From assembly GCA_021847325.1 (NCBI GenBank), contig JAJZTY010000001.1, positions 1 to 62,755 on the forward strand: a DNA stretch of 62,755 nt. The letters run 5' to 3'. The notes under the pieces are model-generated. The model ran no database searches, was not told where the DNA came from, and worked only from the letters and a program-made list of their open reading frames with translations. Origin of the DNA: Bacillota bacterium (lineage in GTDB: Bacteria > Bacillota_I > Bacilli_A > Erysipelotrichales > Erysipelotrichaceae). Numbering within the stretch: the first letter of the stretch is position 1; each line of letters starts with the position of its first letter. The position numbers and the translations under genes were made by a program. Below are positions 13,506 through 24,147 of this stretch, in pieces.

Positions 13506-14527
13506 TGAAAACGAGTGATTTTGATTTTCACTTACCCCATGAATTAATAGCCCAACATCCTTTAGAAAACAGAAGCGCATCTCGTTTACTTGTTCTTAAT
13601 CGAAAAGATGAGAGTATTGAACATAAGCACTTTAGTGACATAATTGATTATTTAAATAAAGGTGATGTTTTAGTGCTAAATGATACACGAGTGTTACCAG
13701 CTCGTTTATTTGGAGTAAAAGAAGATACTCATGCACATATAGAATGTTTAATCTTACGTCATGAAAATGACACCGTTTTATGCATGGTTCGAAATGCACG
13801 AGCGGTTAAAGTTGGGACAATCGTTAGTTTTGGGGATGGACGCTTAAAATTTGAATGTATTGAATTTCTAGAACAAGGACTAAGACGATTTAAGATTATC
13901 AGTGAAGGAGTATTCTTAGAGATTTTAGCTGAACTTGGAACAGTACCTTTACCACCCTATATCAAAGAGAAACTAGATGATCCTGAACGTTATCAAACTG
14001 TATATGCCAAGAATAATGGCAGTGCTGCAGCTCCTACCGCAGGATTACACTTTACAACTGAGTTACTCGATAAAATAAAAGAAAAGGGCATTATTATCTG
14101 CCCAATAACTCTACACGTCGGTTTAGGTACATTTAAACCAGTTGATGTGGATGATGTGTCAAATCATGTGATGCATGAAGAAGTATATGAAGTATCACAA
14201 GAGAGCAGTGAAATTCTAAATCTGGCTAAGAAAGAAAATCGTAGAATTATTGCGGTAGGGACAACCTCTGTTCGTACACTTGAATCACAGATGCAAAAAC
14301 ATGGAAGATTTATAAAAGAGGCAAGTTCTACATCCATCTTTATAAAACCAGGTTATCAATTTATGGCAATCGATTGTTTAATCACTAATTTTCATTTACC
14401 GAAGTCTACGCTCGTAATGTTAGTAAGTGCTTTTGCGAATCGTGAGTATATAATGAAGGCATATCATACAGCAATTGAAGAGAAGTATCGTTTCTTTAGT
14501 TTTGGGGATTCAATGATCATACAATGA
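13505..14527 (+). CDS. queA: S-adenosylmethionine:tRNA ribosyltransferase-isomerase
   Basis: FDFHLP..LIAQHP N-terminus, PLPPYI and GTTSVR motifs. Its start overlaps the tgt stop (TAATG). Confidence 0.92.
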
Positions 14528-15162
14528 GAAAATTAACGGATTATCAATGGGAAATTGAGAAAATAGAAGAACTCAAACGGTTGGAGAATAAACCTAAACT
14601 TTTAATGCAGTCTTGTTGTGCTGTGTGTAATAGTTGGCCACTTGAATATCTTTACTCTATTTTTGATATTACAATTTACTATAACAATTCAAATATTTAT
14701 CCTCAAACTGAATATGATTTACGTTTAGGTGAGTTAAGAGATTACGTATCTAAGTTTAATGATTTCCATCAAGTTGATATTAAGATAATTGAAGAACCAT
14801 ATGATTATGATGCCTATAAATCGACTTTTCTTGAAAAAAGATCATTCGATAAAGAAGGATCAAATCGATGTGGAATGTGTTATGCATTAAGAATCAATCA
14901 AGCATTTAAATATGCGAGTGAACATAAATTTGATTATATGACCACTGTTATGACGATATCTCGTCAAAAGAATTCGGATAAAATTAATAATATTGCACGT
15001 CGCTTATCTAAAGCTTATCCTCATGTAAATTATTTCTATTCTAACTTTAAAAAGAATCGTGGAATTGATTTTGCGGTTTATACGGCTAAATCATTAGGTA
15101 TTTACCAACAAGAATATTGTGGGTGTGAGTTCTCAATCCATAAAAAAGATTTTGATGTGTAA
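14524..15162 (+). CDS. queH: Epoxyqueuosine reductase QueH (DUF208)
   Basis: Conserved cysteines (CCAVC, RCGMCY, CGCEF) typical of DUF208/QueH. ATGA overlap with the queA stop. Confidence 0.8.
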   Translation: MRKLTDYQWEIEKIEELKRLENKPKLLMQSCCAVCNSWPLEYLYSIFDITIYYNNSNIYPQTEYDLRLGELRDYVSKFNDFHQVDIKIIEEPYDYDAYKSTFLEKRSFDKEGSNRCGMCYALRINQAFKYASEHKFDYMTTVMTISRQKNSDKINNIARRLSKAYPHVNYFYSNFKKNRGIDFAVYTAKSLGIYQQEYCGCEFSIHKKDFDV

Positions 15163-15191
15163 TTGACGCAATGTCTTTTATTGTCTATACT
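15163..15191 (+). promoter_or_regulatory. Sigma-A promoter of the Val T-box / GNAT / valS unit
   Basis: TTGACG (15163-15168), a 17-nt spacer, then TATACT (15186-15191). Confidence 0.75.
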
Positions 15192-15194
15192 TAT

Positions 15195-15403
15195 TACAAA
15201 ACAATGAACGAATTAAACTTATTTTTTGGGAATGTAGAAAGCTTTGGGATGATGAAACAAAGCCAAGAAAAATAAGCCTGTCCTTCGGGAGTTAATTCTC
15301 TGAATCAAGTAAGAGAATTCGGTTGTTCCGTTATCACATTGAGCACAGTAGTGAAATTAAGGTGGTACCACGTTATATGACGTCCTTTACAGGACGTTTT
15401 TTT
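15195..15403 (+). promoter_or_regulatory. T-box leader (tRNA-Val sensing riboswitch) with terminator
   Basis: Conserved T-box sequence AATTAAGGTGGTACCACG (15355-15372). Terminator acgtcct-ttac-aggacgt plus T7 (15380-15403). A distal-loop-like GATGAAA element is present. Val codons GTC (15280) and GTT (15291) lie on the 3' side of Stem I. Confidence 0.85.
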
Positions 15404-15416
15404 GTGGAGGTAAGAA

Positions 15417-16028
15417 ATGTTAAAACTAAGAATGCCTACCGTAGAGACTGATCGATTAATCCTTAGGCCTATACAATTAGATGATGATAAGGATATGTAT
15501 GAGTACTGTAGTGATGATGATGTCATAAAGTACTTATGGTTTGAGAAACACGATTCAGTTGAATTCAGTCGTTATGTGATTGAAAAGTTATTTTTAAATC
15601 GAGTCGAGTTAGGCGTTCCAGAGGCTTATGCGATTGTGATTAAATCGACGAATAAAATGATAGGTACGATTGATGTCAATGCGGTTCATTTTAATGAGGT
15701 TGGTGTGATTGGTTATGTTATTCATAAAGACTACTGGGGTAAAGGAATTGTCAGTGAAGCGTTGGAGACACTGATTCCTATTCTATTTTATTATTGTGGG
15801 TTCTATCGGTTAGAGATCAATCATTGTGCAGATAATGTTGGGTCTAAAAAGGTAATAGAAAAAGCTGGGTTTATTCAAGAAGGATGTTTTAGAAAACGTA
15901 AAAAAGAGCGTGATGGTCATCGTGCGGATTATATTTATTATGGTTTATGCAAAGATGATGAGATTGTAAAAGAAAGATATGGAGAAGAAAAGTATGAAAA
16001 GACAATTGGAAAGCAAATACAATCCTAA
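15417..16028 (+). CDS. GNAT family N-acetyltransferase (RimJ/RimL-like)
   Basis: N-terminal ETDRLILRP motif and acetyl-CoA motif region (WGKGIVSEA), typical of RimJ/RimL-type GNATs. Its 3' end overlaps the valS start. Confidence 0.8.
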   Translation: MLKLRMPTVETDRLILRPIQLDDDKDMYEYCSDDDVIKYLWFEKHDSVEFSRYVIEKLFLNRVELGVPEAYAIVIKSTNKMIGTIDVNAVHFNEVGVIGYVIHKDYWGKGIVSEALETLIPILFYYCGFYRLEINHCADNVGSKKVIEKAGFIQEGCFRKRKKERDGHRADYIYYGLCKDDEIVKERYGEEKYEKTIGKQIQS

Positions 16029-18576
16029 GCAAGTTGAAGAGAATGCCTATCAAAAATGGGTAAGTGAAGGTTACTTTACGGCAGGTGATCAATCAAAGAT
16101 TCCTTATACCATCGTGATACCTCCACCGAATGTCACAGGTAAATTACACTTAGGACATGCGTGGGACACAGCACTTCAGGATATTATTGCACGTTTCAAA
16201 CGTATGCAAGGATTTGATATGTTGTGGTTACCTGGTATGGATCATGCGGGGATTGCGACACAAGCGAAAGTTGATGCTCGTTTGAAGGAACAAGGTATTT
16301 CTCGATATGATTTGGGTCGTGAAAAATTCTTAGATAAAGCGTGGGAATGGAAACATGAATACGCTAGTCATATTCGTGAACAATGGGCTAAGTTAGGTTT
16401 ATCACTCGATTATACGCGTGAACGTTTTACATTGGATGAAGGATTGAATCAAGCGGTTAATAAAGTGTTCGTTGATCTATATAATGATGGATTGATTTAT
16501 CAAGGTGAACGAATCATTAACTGGGATCCACAAGCTAAAACTGCACTAAGTAATATTGAGGTTATTCATAAAGAAATAGAAGGTGCTTTCTATACGTTTA
16601 AATATACCGTTGTTGGAAGTGATGAGATCTTAAAAGTAAGCACAACTCGTCCTGAAACAATGTTTGGGGATGTTTGTGTCTTTGTTCATCCAGATGATCC
16701 ACGATACCAACATTTAATTGGTAAACAAGTTATCAATCCTGCCAATCATCAAGTACTACCTATTCTTGCGGATGATTATATTGATATTGAATTTGGGACT
16801 GGGGCAATGAAATGTACACCAGCGCATGATCCAAATGACTTTAACCTATCAGAAAAATACAATTTAGATAAGATTATATGTATGCATCCAGATGGCACAA
16901 TGAATGAGTTAGCGGGTGAGTTTAATGGTTTAGATCGTTTTGATTGTCGTAAGAAGTTGGTTAAACGAATTGAATCTGAAGGAAATCTAGAGAAGATTGA
17001 GAAACATATTCATCAAGTAGGTCATAGTGAAAGAACCGATGCGATTGTAGAACCGTATCTATCTAAACAATGGTTTGTGAAGATGAAGCCTTTAGCACAA
17101 GCTGTTTTAGATGCACAAAAAACAGAAGATCGCATTGATTTTATTCCAGATCGATTTGAAGGTATCTTTAATCACTGGATGGAGAATATCGAAGATTGGT
17201 GTATTTCTCGTCAATTATGGTGGGGACATCGTATACCTGTTTGGTATCATAAGGAAACGGGTGTTGCGTATGTTAATACAGTTGCGCCAAGTGATATTGA
17301 AAATTATACACAAGATGAAGATGTCTTAGATACGTGGTTCTCCAGTGCTTTATGGCCATTTTCTACTTTAGGTTGGCCAGAAAAAACAGCTGATTTTGAA
17401 CGTTATTATCCGACGGATGTTTTAGTTACAGGTTATGATATTATTTTCTTCTGGGCAGCTCGTATGGCGTTCCAAGCACGTTACTTCACCAAGACTGTAC
17501 CATTTAAAAAGGCTTTGATTCATGGATTAATTCGTGATAGTGAAGGTCGTAAGATGAGTAAATCTTTGGGTAATGGAGTTGATCCTATGGAAGTCATTGA
17601 TACCTATGGGGCAGACGCATTACGTTTCTTCTTAACGACAAACTCAGCACCTGGTTTAGATTTACGTTATTCGACTGAGAAGGTTGAAGCCGCATGGAAT
17701 TTTATCAATAAGTTATGGAATGCGTCTCGCTTCGTATTGATGAATGTACCTGAAGATTTCAATGAAACACCATTAAATGAGTGTACCTTATCATCTATTG
17801 ATCATTGGATTTTAGAGCGATTTGATGATAATTTAGAAAAGATAACACAAGCAATGGAAAAGTTTGATTTTGCCTTAGCTGGAAGTTTCTTGTATGAATT
17901 TGTTTGGGATGATTACTGTTCATGGTATATTGAACTCAGTAAGTCTAATTTGAATAGTGATAATCCTGAGGTTGTGAAGGGTACAGTTAATACATTGATT
18001 GTTGTACTAAAAGGAATCTTAAAATTATGTCATCCAACGATGCCATTTGTGAGTGAAACGATCTATGCAAGTTTAAGTGATGAACCACTTTGTTTAAGTC
18101 AATGGCCTACGGTATTTGGTTATAATGATCAAAAGGCACATCATGATGTCGCATCACTTATTTCTATCATTTCTGAGATTCGTAGTATTCGAACAGAATA
18201 TAATGTAAAACCATCTATTCCTCTCAATGTAAAATTATCGTATTCTCTTGATAAAATATATCAAGATAGTTTACTAAAGATGGTTAAGACGGAATGTGTA
18301 GATACTTTAGAAGGTGAATTAATTACTCGTTCTATTCTTAATGGGACACTACAAATCGAACGTGGTCAATTAGTAGATAAAGAAGCTGAAACCGCAAGAT
18401 TGAATAAAGAGAAGATTAAGTTAGAAGCAGAATTAAAACGATCAGAATCGATGTTAGCCAATGAACGTTTTATATCTTCTGCACCGGCTCATAAAGTTGA
18501 AGAAGAAAAGAGTAAACTAAGTGAGTATCAAAGACAGTATGCTTTAGTTCTAGAAGAATTAGCTAAACTAGTGTAA
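15994..18576 (+). CDS. valS: Valine--tRNA ligase
   Basis: PPPNVTGKLHLGHA (HIGH) and KMSKS motifs with a C-terminal coiled coil. ATG at 15994 preferred (GGAGAAG RBS); an alternative ATG lies at 15979. Confidence 0.93.
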   Translation: MKRQLESKYNPKQVEENAYQKWVSEGYFTAGDQSKIPYTIVIPPPNVTGKLHLGHAWDTALQDIIARFKRMQGFDMLWLPGMDHAGIATQAKVDARLKEQGISRYDLGREKFLDKAWEWKHEYASHIREQWAKLGLSLDYTRERFTLDEGLNQAVNKVFVDLYNDGLIYQGERIINWDPQAKTALSNIEVIHKEIEGAFYTFKYTVVGSDEILKVSTTRPETMFGDVCVFVHPDDPRYQHLIGKQVINPANHQVLPILADDYIDIEFGTGAMKCTPAHDPNDFNLSEKYNLDKIICMHPDGTMNELAGEFNGLDRFDCRKKLVKRIESEGNLEKIEKHIHQVGHSERTDAIVEPYLSKQWFVKMKPLAQAVLDAQKTEDRIDFIPDRFEGIFNHWMENIEDWCISRQLWWGHRIPVWYHKETGVAYVNTVAPSDIENYTQDEDVLDTWFSSALWPFSTLGWPEKTADFERYYPTDVLVTGYDIIFFWAARMAFQARYFTKTVPFKKALIHGLIRDSEGRKMSKSLGNGVDPMEVIDTYGADALRFFLTTNSAPGLDLRYSTEKVEAAWNFINKLWNASRFVLMNVPEDFNETPLNECTLSSIDHWILERFDDNLEKITQAMEKFDFALAGSFLYEFVWDDYCSWYIELSKSNLNSDNPEVVKGTVNTLIVVLKGILKLCHPTMPFVSETIYASLSDEPLCLSQWPTVFGYNDQKAHHDVASLISIISEIRSIRTEYNVKPSIPLNVKLSYSLDKIYQDSLLKMVKTECVDTLEGELITRSILNGTLQIERGQLVDKEAETARLNKEKIKLEAELKRSESMLANERFISSAPAHKVEEEKSKLSEYQRQYALVLEELAKLV

Positions 18577-18651
18577 TAGCTAGAAATCTAATAGAACTTT
18601 TAGTATAATATATAAGCGCTTACAGATTGGCGTTTTGCCACAGGAGGAAAA

Positions 18652-21276
18652 ATGAGTACAAAATACGTTTATTTATTCTCTGAAGGTAACGGTAAAATGA
18701 AGAATTTACTTGGTGGTAAAGGAGCTAACTTGGCAGAAATGACCAACTTAGGGATGCCTGTACCTCAAGGTTTTACAGTCACCACTGAAGCTTGTACCCG
18801 CTACTATGATGATGGGGAAGAGATTCATGCAGAGATCATTGCGGAAGTTTTCGAGAATCTCGGAAAACTTGAAGCATTAACACAGAAGAAGTTTGGAGAT
18901 AAGAATAATCCATTATTAGTATCTGTACGTTCAGGTTCTAGAGCATCTATGCCTGGTATGATGGATACAATCCTTAATTTAGGATTAAATGATGAAGTTG
19001 TGGAAGGATTTGCGACACTAACAAATAATCCACGCTTTGCGTATGATTCATACCGTCGTTTCATTCAAATGTTCTCGGACGTTGTCATGGAAATTTCCAA
19101 GAAGAAGTTCGAAGAAATCATTGATGAAATGAAAGAAGAAAAACATATTAAGTTAGATACTGAATTTACAGCTGAAGATTTACAAGAAATGATAGCTCGT
19201 TATAAAGCGTTTTATAAGAGTATCAAAGGAACAGATTTCCCTCAAGATCCTAAGGATCAATTGATTGAATCTGTTAAAGCTGTTTTCCGTTCTTGGAATA
19301 ACCCTCGTGCTGTTTATTACCGTCGTATGAATGAAATCCCTAGTGATTGGGGTACTGCAGTAAACGTTCAAGCAATGGTATTCGGTAATACTGGGGATGA
19401 TTCTGGAACTGGTGTTGCCTTTACTCGTGATCCTTCTACAGGTGCTAAGAAATTAATGGGTGAGTTCTTGATGAATGCTCAAGGGGAAGACGTTGTTGCG
19501 GGTATCCGTACACCTGAAACCATTGATCGTTTACAAGAAATTATGCCTCATGCTTATAATGAATTTATTCAAATTTGCGATAAACTTGAAGAACACTATC
19601 GTGATATGCAAGATATGGAATTTACCATTGAAAAAGGTAAACTCTATATGTTGCAAACTCGTAATGGTAAACGTACTGCAGCTGCAGCACTTAAAATTGC
19701 GGTTGATTTAGTAAATGAAGGCATGATTACAAAGGAACAGGCTGTTTTACAAGTTGATCCTAAGCAATTAGATGCTTTATTACATCCTCAATTTGACCCT
19801 GCTTCATTAAAGGCAGCAACAGTAGTTGGTCGTGCATTACCAGCATCTCCTGGTGCCGCAAGTGGTAAAGTTGTATTCACTGCTCAAGATGCAGTTGAAT
19901 GGAAAAATCGTGGTGAGAAGGTTATCTTAGTTCGTTTAGAAACTTCTCCTGAAGATATTGAAGGTATGCATGTATCACAAGGTATCTTAACAGCTCGCGG
20001 TGGTATGACTTCTCACGCAGCGGTTGTAGCTCGTGGTATGGGTACTTGTTGTGTTTCTGGATGTGGCGATATTAAGTTTACATCCGATAAATCCTTTACA
20101 TTAGGTGGTAGAACATTTAATGAAGGTGATTTTATTTCTCTAGATGGTTCAACTGGTAATATCTATGGTGAAGCTGTTAAAACAGTTCCAGCAAGTATTA
20201 CGGGTGATTTCTCAACTCTAATGGCTTGGGCTGATGAGTTTAGAACATTAAAAGTTCGTGCTAATGCAGATACACCAAAAGATGCTCGTCAAGCGGTTGA
20301 ATTTGGTGCAGAAGGTATTGGTCTAACTCGTACTGAACATATGTTCTTTGAAGGGGATCGTATTAAAGCAATGCGTGAGATGATTGTGGCTCGTACAGAG
20401 GAACAACGTCGTCTAGCATTAGCTAAATTACTTCCTATGCAAAGAAGCGATTTCGAAGGTATTTATATGGAGATGCAAGATCGTCCAGTAACCATCCGTT
20501 ACCTAGATCCACCTCTACATGAATTCCTACCTACACTTGAAGAAGATATCGTTAACTTAGCAAAAGAAATGAATCTTGAAGTTTCTGATTTGAAGTCAAT
20601 CATTTCTAACTTACATGAGTTTAACCCTATGATGGGTCATCGTGGATGTCGTTTAGCTGTTTCTTACCCTGAAATTGCAGAAATGCAAACTCAAGCGGTT
20701 ATTGAAGCTGCAATCAATGTATCTAAGAAACACCCTGAATGGAATCTTAAACCTGAAATTATGATTCCTCTTGTTGGAGAAATCAAAGAATTAAAATACG
20801 TTAAGGATATTGTTGTTAAGACAGCAGATCGTATTATTGCGGAATCAGGTGTAAAACTTGAGTACATGGTAGGTACAATGATTGAGATTCCACGTGCTGC
20901 TTTATTAGCGGATGAAATTGCGCTTGAAGCTGAGTTCTTCTCTTTCGGTACAAACGACTTAACTCAAATGACATTTGGATTTAGCCGTGATGATGCAGGT
21001 GCATTCTTAGATAGCTACTACAGTAAGAAAATTTATGAACAAGATCCATTTGCTCGTTTAGATCAACATGGTGTTGGTAAATTAGTTGAATTAGCATCTA
21101 AATTAGGTAAACAAGCTCGTCCTGATATTAAATTAGGTGTTTGTGGTGAACATGGTGGTGATCCAAGTTCAGTGGAATTCTTCCACCGTGCAGGATTATC
21201 TTATGTTTCTTGTTCCCCATTCAGAGTTCCTATTGCTCGTTTAGCTGCTGCACACGCTGCATTAAAGAATAAATAA
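18652..21276 (+). CDS. ppdK: Pyruvate, phosphate dikinase
   Basis: GGKGANLAEM ATP-grasp N-terminus, phosphohistidine motif GGMTSHAAVVARG and a C-terminal PEP-utilising TIM barrel (CGEHGGDP). Confidence 0.93.
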   Translation: MSTKYVYLFSEGNGKMKNLLGGKGANLAEMTNLGMPVPQGFTVTTEACTRYYDDGEEIHAEIIAEVFENLGKLEALTQKKFGDKNNPLLVSVRSGSRASMPGMMDTILNLGLNDEVVEGFATLTNNPRFAYDSYRRFIQMFSDVVMEISKKKFEEIIDEMKEEKHIKLDTEFTAEDLQEMIARYKAFYKSIKGTDFPQDPKDQLIESVKAVFRSWNNPRAVYYRRMNEIPSDWGTAVNVQAMVFGNTGDDSGTGVAFTRDPSTGAKKLMGEFLMNAQGEDVVAGIRTPETIDRLQEIMPHAYNEFIQICDKLEEHYRDMQDMEFTIEKGKLYMLQTRNGKRTAAAALKIAVDLVNEGMITKEQAVLQVDPKQLDALLHPQFDPASLKAATVVGRALPASPGAASGKVVFTAQDAVEWKNRGEKVILVRLETSPEDIEGMHVSQGILTARGGMTSHAAVVARGMGTCCVSGCGDIKFTSDKSFTLGGRTFNEGDFISLDGSTGNIYGEAVKTVPASITGDFSTLMAWADEFRTLKVRANADTPKDARQAVEFGAEGIGLTRTEHMFFEGDRIKAMREMIVARTEEQRRLALAKLLPMQRSDFEGIYMEMQDRPVTIRYLDPPLHEFLPTLEEDIVNLAKEMNLEVSDLKSIISNLHEFNPMMGHRGCRLAVSYPEIAEMQTQAVIEAAINVSKKHPEWNLKPEIMIPLVGEIKELKYVKDIVVKTADRIIAESGVKLEYMVGTMIEIPRAALLADEIALEAEFFSFGTNDLTQMTFGFSRDDAGAFLDSYYSKKIYEQDPFARLDQHGVGKLVELASKLGKQARPDIKLGVCGEHGGDPSSVEFFHRAGLSYVSCSPFRVPIARLAAAHAALKNK

Positions 21277-21280
21277 TCTT

Positions 21281-21307
21281 AAAACCCAGGAAACTGGGTT
21301 TTATTTT
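21281..21307 (+). terminator. Intrinsic terminator after ppdK
   Basis: Hairpin aaaacccag-gaaa-ctgggtttt followed by a T-rich tail. Confidence 0.85.
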
Positions 21308-21364
21308 GGTTGCTTTACTTGATTAAATATTTTCTTATCGATATCATTAATCTAGAGGTGTAAT

Positions 21365-22330
21365 ATGAAAATTTATTTGGGAACGTATACTAAAAAAGAG
21401 AGTAAAGGTATTTACTCCATTGAAGTACAAAATAATGAACTAACGAATTTAAATTTAGAAATGAATGTTGATAATCCTACTTATTTAGCACGATTAAACA
21501 ATGATACGTTCAGTGTTGTGAAAGATGGAAGTAAAGGTGGAATTGCTTATTATAGAGATAACAATCTAATTAATAAAGCCGTTGAAGAAGGAGCTCCTCC
21601 ATGTTATGTCAGTTATGATTTAGATCGTAATTTAGTATTTAGCGCAAATTATCATGGTGGTAGAGTTAATACCTATAAGTTTACTAAAGATGGGATTGTG
21701 GATCATCAAAAGTTAGTGTTTGATTCTGGATCAAAAGCGCATTATATTGCCTACAATGAATTATTGGATATGGTACTTGTATGTGATTTAGGGTTAGATC
21801 GTGTTTATTTCTTTACGTATAGTGATAATGATCAACTTATTTTAAAATACCAATTCAATGCGAGTGAGAAGTCAGGTCCAAGACATTTAGTGGTTCATCC
21901 TACAAAACCGATCGTATATGTTTTTACTGAATTAAGTAGTGAAGTGCTTGTGTTAGAAGTAAATAATGGAGTTAAATTAGTGTCTAAAGTGAACTGCTTA
22001 CCAGAAGGGGTTGAAGGACCAAAATGGGGGGCTGCTATACGAATCTCTAAAGATGCGAAATTTGTTTATGTAAGTAATCGTGGACATGACTCTATTTCTG
22101 TATTTAAGGTCAGTGAGGATGGGTTAAGCTTGGACTTGATTCAGAATATCTCTACTGAAGGTGTACAACCGCGTGACTTTAATTTAAGCCCTTGTGGTAT
22201 GTTGTGTTTAGTGGCGAATCATGACACCAATAATTTAACCTTGTTTGCTCGTTGTGTTGAAACGGGTAAGTTAAGTTTACTCCAAAAAGATGTGTATGCG
22301 CCTGAAAGCGTATGTGTCGTATTTGACTAA
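21365..22330 (+). CDS. pgl: Lactonase, 7-bladed beta-propeller family (probable 6-phosphogluconolactonase)
   Basis: Sequence pattern of the YbhE/YkgB-type lactonase family (GPRHL..HP, NRGHDSI, PRDF). Confidence 0.65.
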   Translation: MKIYLGTYTKKESKGIYSIEVQNNELTNLNLEMNVDNPTYLARLNNDTFSVVKDGSKGGIAYYRDNNLINKAVEEGAPPCYVSYDLDRNLVFSANYHGGRVNTYKFTKDGIVDHQKLVFDSGSKAHYIAYNELLDMVLVCDLGLDRVYFFTYSDNDQLILKYQFNASEKSGPRHLVVHPTKPIVYVFTELSSEVLVLEVNNGVKLVSKVNCLPEGVEGPKWGAAIRISKDAKFVYVSNRGHDSISVFKVSEDGLSLDLIQNISTEGVQPRDFNLSPCGMLCLVANHDTNNLTLFARCVETGKLSLLQKDVYAPESVCVVFD

Positions 22331-22352
22331 AAAAAGGACCGAGGTCCTTTTT
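22331..22352. terminator. Bidirectional terminator between pgl and etfA
   Basis: aaaaaggacc-ga-ggtccttttt, an A run and a T run flanking a GC-rich hairpin. Confidence 0.8.
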
Positions 22353-22353
22353 A

Positions 22354-23355
22354 TTATGCTTTTAGTTTTAATAATTCTTCTTTTAGTTTAGGTAATATTT
22401 CAACCGCATCACCTACAATACCAATATGAGCGATTTGGAAGATAGATGCGTTAGGATCATTATTAATCGCAATAATGCATTCTGCTTTATCCATACCAGC
22501 TGTATGTTGAACAGCTCCTGAGATACCACATGCGATATACACAAGGGGTCTTACAGTTTTACCTGTTTGTCCAACTTGGTGCTCCTTTGAAATTGAACCC
22601 GTTTCAACTAATCCACGTGATGCCCCTACTTCAGCACCTAGTTCATTCGCAACTTGTTGGATAAGATCCATGTGTTTAGCCATTGAACGTCCTGCTGATA
22701 ATATAATTCTGGCCTTACTAATATCGATAGAATGACTGAGTTTTGGTTCTTGTTTAATTAATTTAACAAGATCAACTGAATCAAATGTTGTGTTGAAGTG
22801 TATAATCTCATAATTTGTTTTATTCAATTCACGTTTTTCAAAAACATTCGGACGTATCGTCGCCATTTGTGGACGCGTGTTTGGACAAACAATTGTTCCA
22901 AATAAATTTCCACCAAATGCAGGACGAGTCACGAGTAGTAGAGTGGAGTTTGGTGTTTCATCAACCTCTATTTGAGTCGCATCTGCTGTTAATCCAGTGT
23001 TTAAACGTGCCGCAACTCTTGGCGCAATATCACGTCCAATAACACTTGCGCCAATGAGTAAACTATCAGGTTTAAACTCATTAACGATATCGACAATCGC
23101 TTTTGTCGTATGTTGAGTACTTACTTCTTGTAGTTTAGCATTATCACATATAATGAGTTTATCAGCTCCATATTTGAAACATTCATCATAAATAGCTTTT
23201 GTTTGATATCCTGTGATAACTCCAACTACTTTAAATTCTATATTCTTACTTTTATATTGAGTTTGTAGATGGTTTGCTTCACTTAAGAGTTGTAAACTTA
23301 CATCTTGAATTTTATTATGTCTTAACTCTATCCATACAAATATATCTTTGTGCAT
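22354..23355 (-). CDS. etfA: Electron transfer flavoprotein alpha subunit
   Basis: EtfA-like sequence with the C-terminal FAD-binding region (IACGISGAVQHTAGM). Confidence 0.9.
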   Translation of the reverse strand: MHKDIFVWIELRHNKIQDVSLQLLSEANHLQTQYKSKNIEFKVVGVITGYQTKAIYDECFKYGADKLIICDNAKLQEVSTQHTTKAIVDIVNEFKPDSLLIGASVIGRDIAPRVAARLNTGLTADATQIEVDETPNSTLLLVTRPAFGGNLFGTIVCPNTRPQMATIRPNVFEKRELNKTNYEIIHFNTTFDSVDLVKLIKQEPKLSHSIDISKARIILSAGRSMAKHMDLIQQVANELGAEVGASRGLVETGSISKEHQVGQTGKTVRPLVYIACGISGAVQHTAGMDKAECIIAINNDPNASIFQIAHIGIVGDAVEILPKLKEELLKLKA

Positions 23356-23363
23356 ATGTTCTC

Positions 23364-24143
23364 CTAGTTAAGATATGGACTTAAAGCTGAGATGATTGAA
23401 TTTACAGCTTCGTGGCCACTATCTTTGATTAATGTGATTTCACCTGATACAGATCGTGTAAATGTTTTCTTGACTTGAGTAGGAGAACCATTTAATCCAA
23501 TTAAACTTGATTCAAGTTGTAAATCTACATTCGTTAATAAAGTAATTGGTTTTTGGTAGGCATTCCATGTATCTGTTACATTCATCAATCTTAATGGATT
23601 GGTTGGGTCTAATGTTGTGATCAAACAAGGAAGGGAAGATTCTAATATTTCTGTATAATCTTCATATTCTTTTTTTACAGAAATTGAATCATTCGTAATA
23701 TCGATGAGTTGGCTTACATAAGTGATTTGAGGAATATTTAAACGTTCCGCAATCTGAGGTCCTACTTGAGCTGTATCACCATCGATGGCTTGTCTTCCTG
23801 CGCAAATTAAATCGGGATTATAACGTTTGATTGCGGCTGATAATGTGTTGGAAGTTGCCCATGTGTCAGACCCTGCAAAAGCTTTATCTGATATAAGGAC
23901 ACATTCATCGGCACCTCTTGCATAACATTCTCTTAACATATCTTCAGCTTGTGTTGGTCCCATTGTCATTACAGTGACTTGTGCGCCAATTTTATCTTTT
24001 ATTTGTAAAGCTGTTTCAAGAGCATTTGTATCATCTGGATTCATAATACTCTCAACACCAGTTCGAATAAGCGTTCCTTTTTCTTTATCGATTAACATAT
24101 TCGTTGTGTTAGGAACTTGTTTCATTAGTACAATTATTTTCAT
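23364..24143 (-). CDS. etfB: Electron transfer flavoprotein beta subunit
   Basis: MKIIVLMKQVP N-terminus and DGDTAQVGP motif typical of EtfB. Confidence 0.9.
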   Translation of the reverse strand: MKIIVLMKQVPNTTNMLIDKEKGTLIRTGVESIMNPDDTNALETALQIKDKIGAQVTVMTMGPTQAEDMLRECYARGADECVLISDKAFAGSDTWATSNTLSAAIKRYNPDLICAGRQAIDGDTAQVGPQIAERLNIPQITYVSQLIDITNDSISVKKEYEDYTEILESSLPCLITTLDPTNPLRLMNVTDTWNAYQKPITLLTNVDLQLESSLIGLNGSPTQVKKTFTRSVSGEITLIKDSGHEAVNSIISALSPYLN

Positions 24144-24147
24144 AGTT

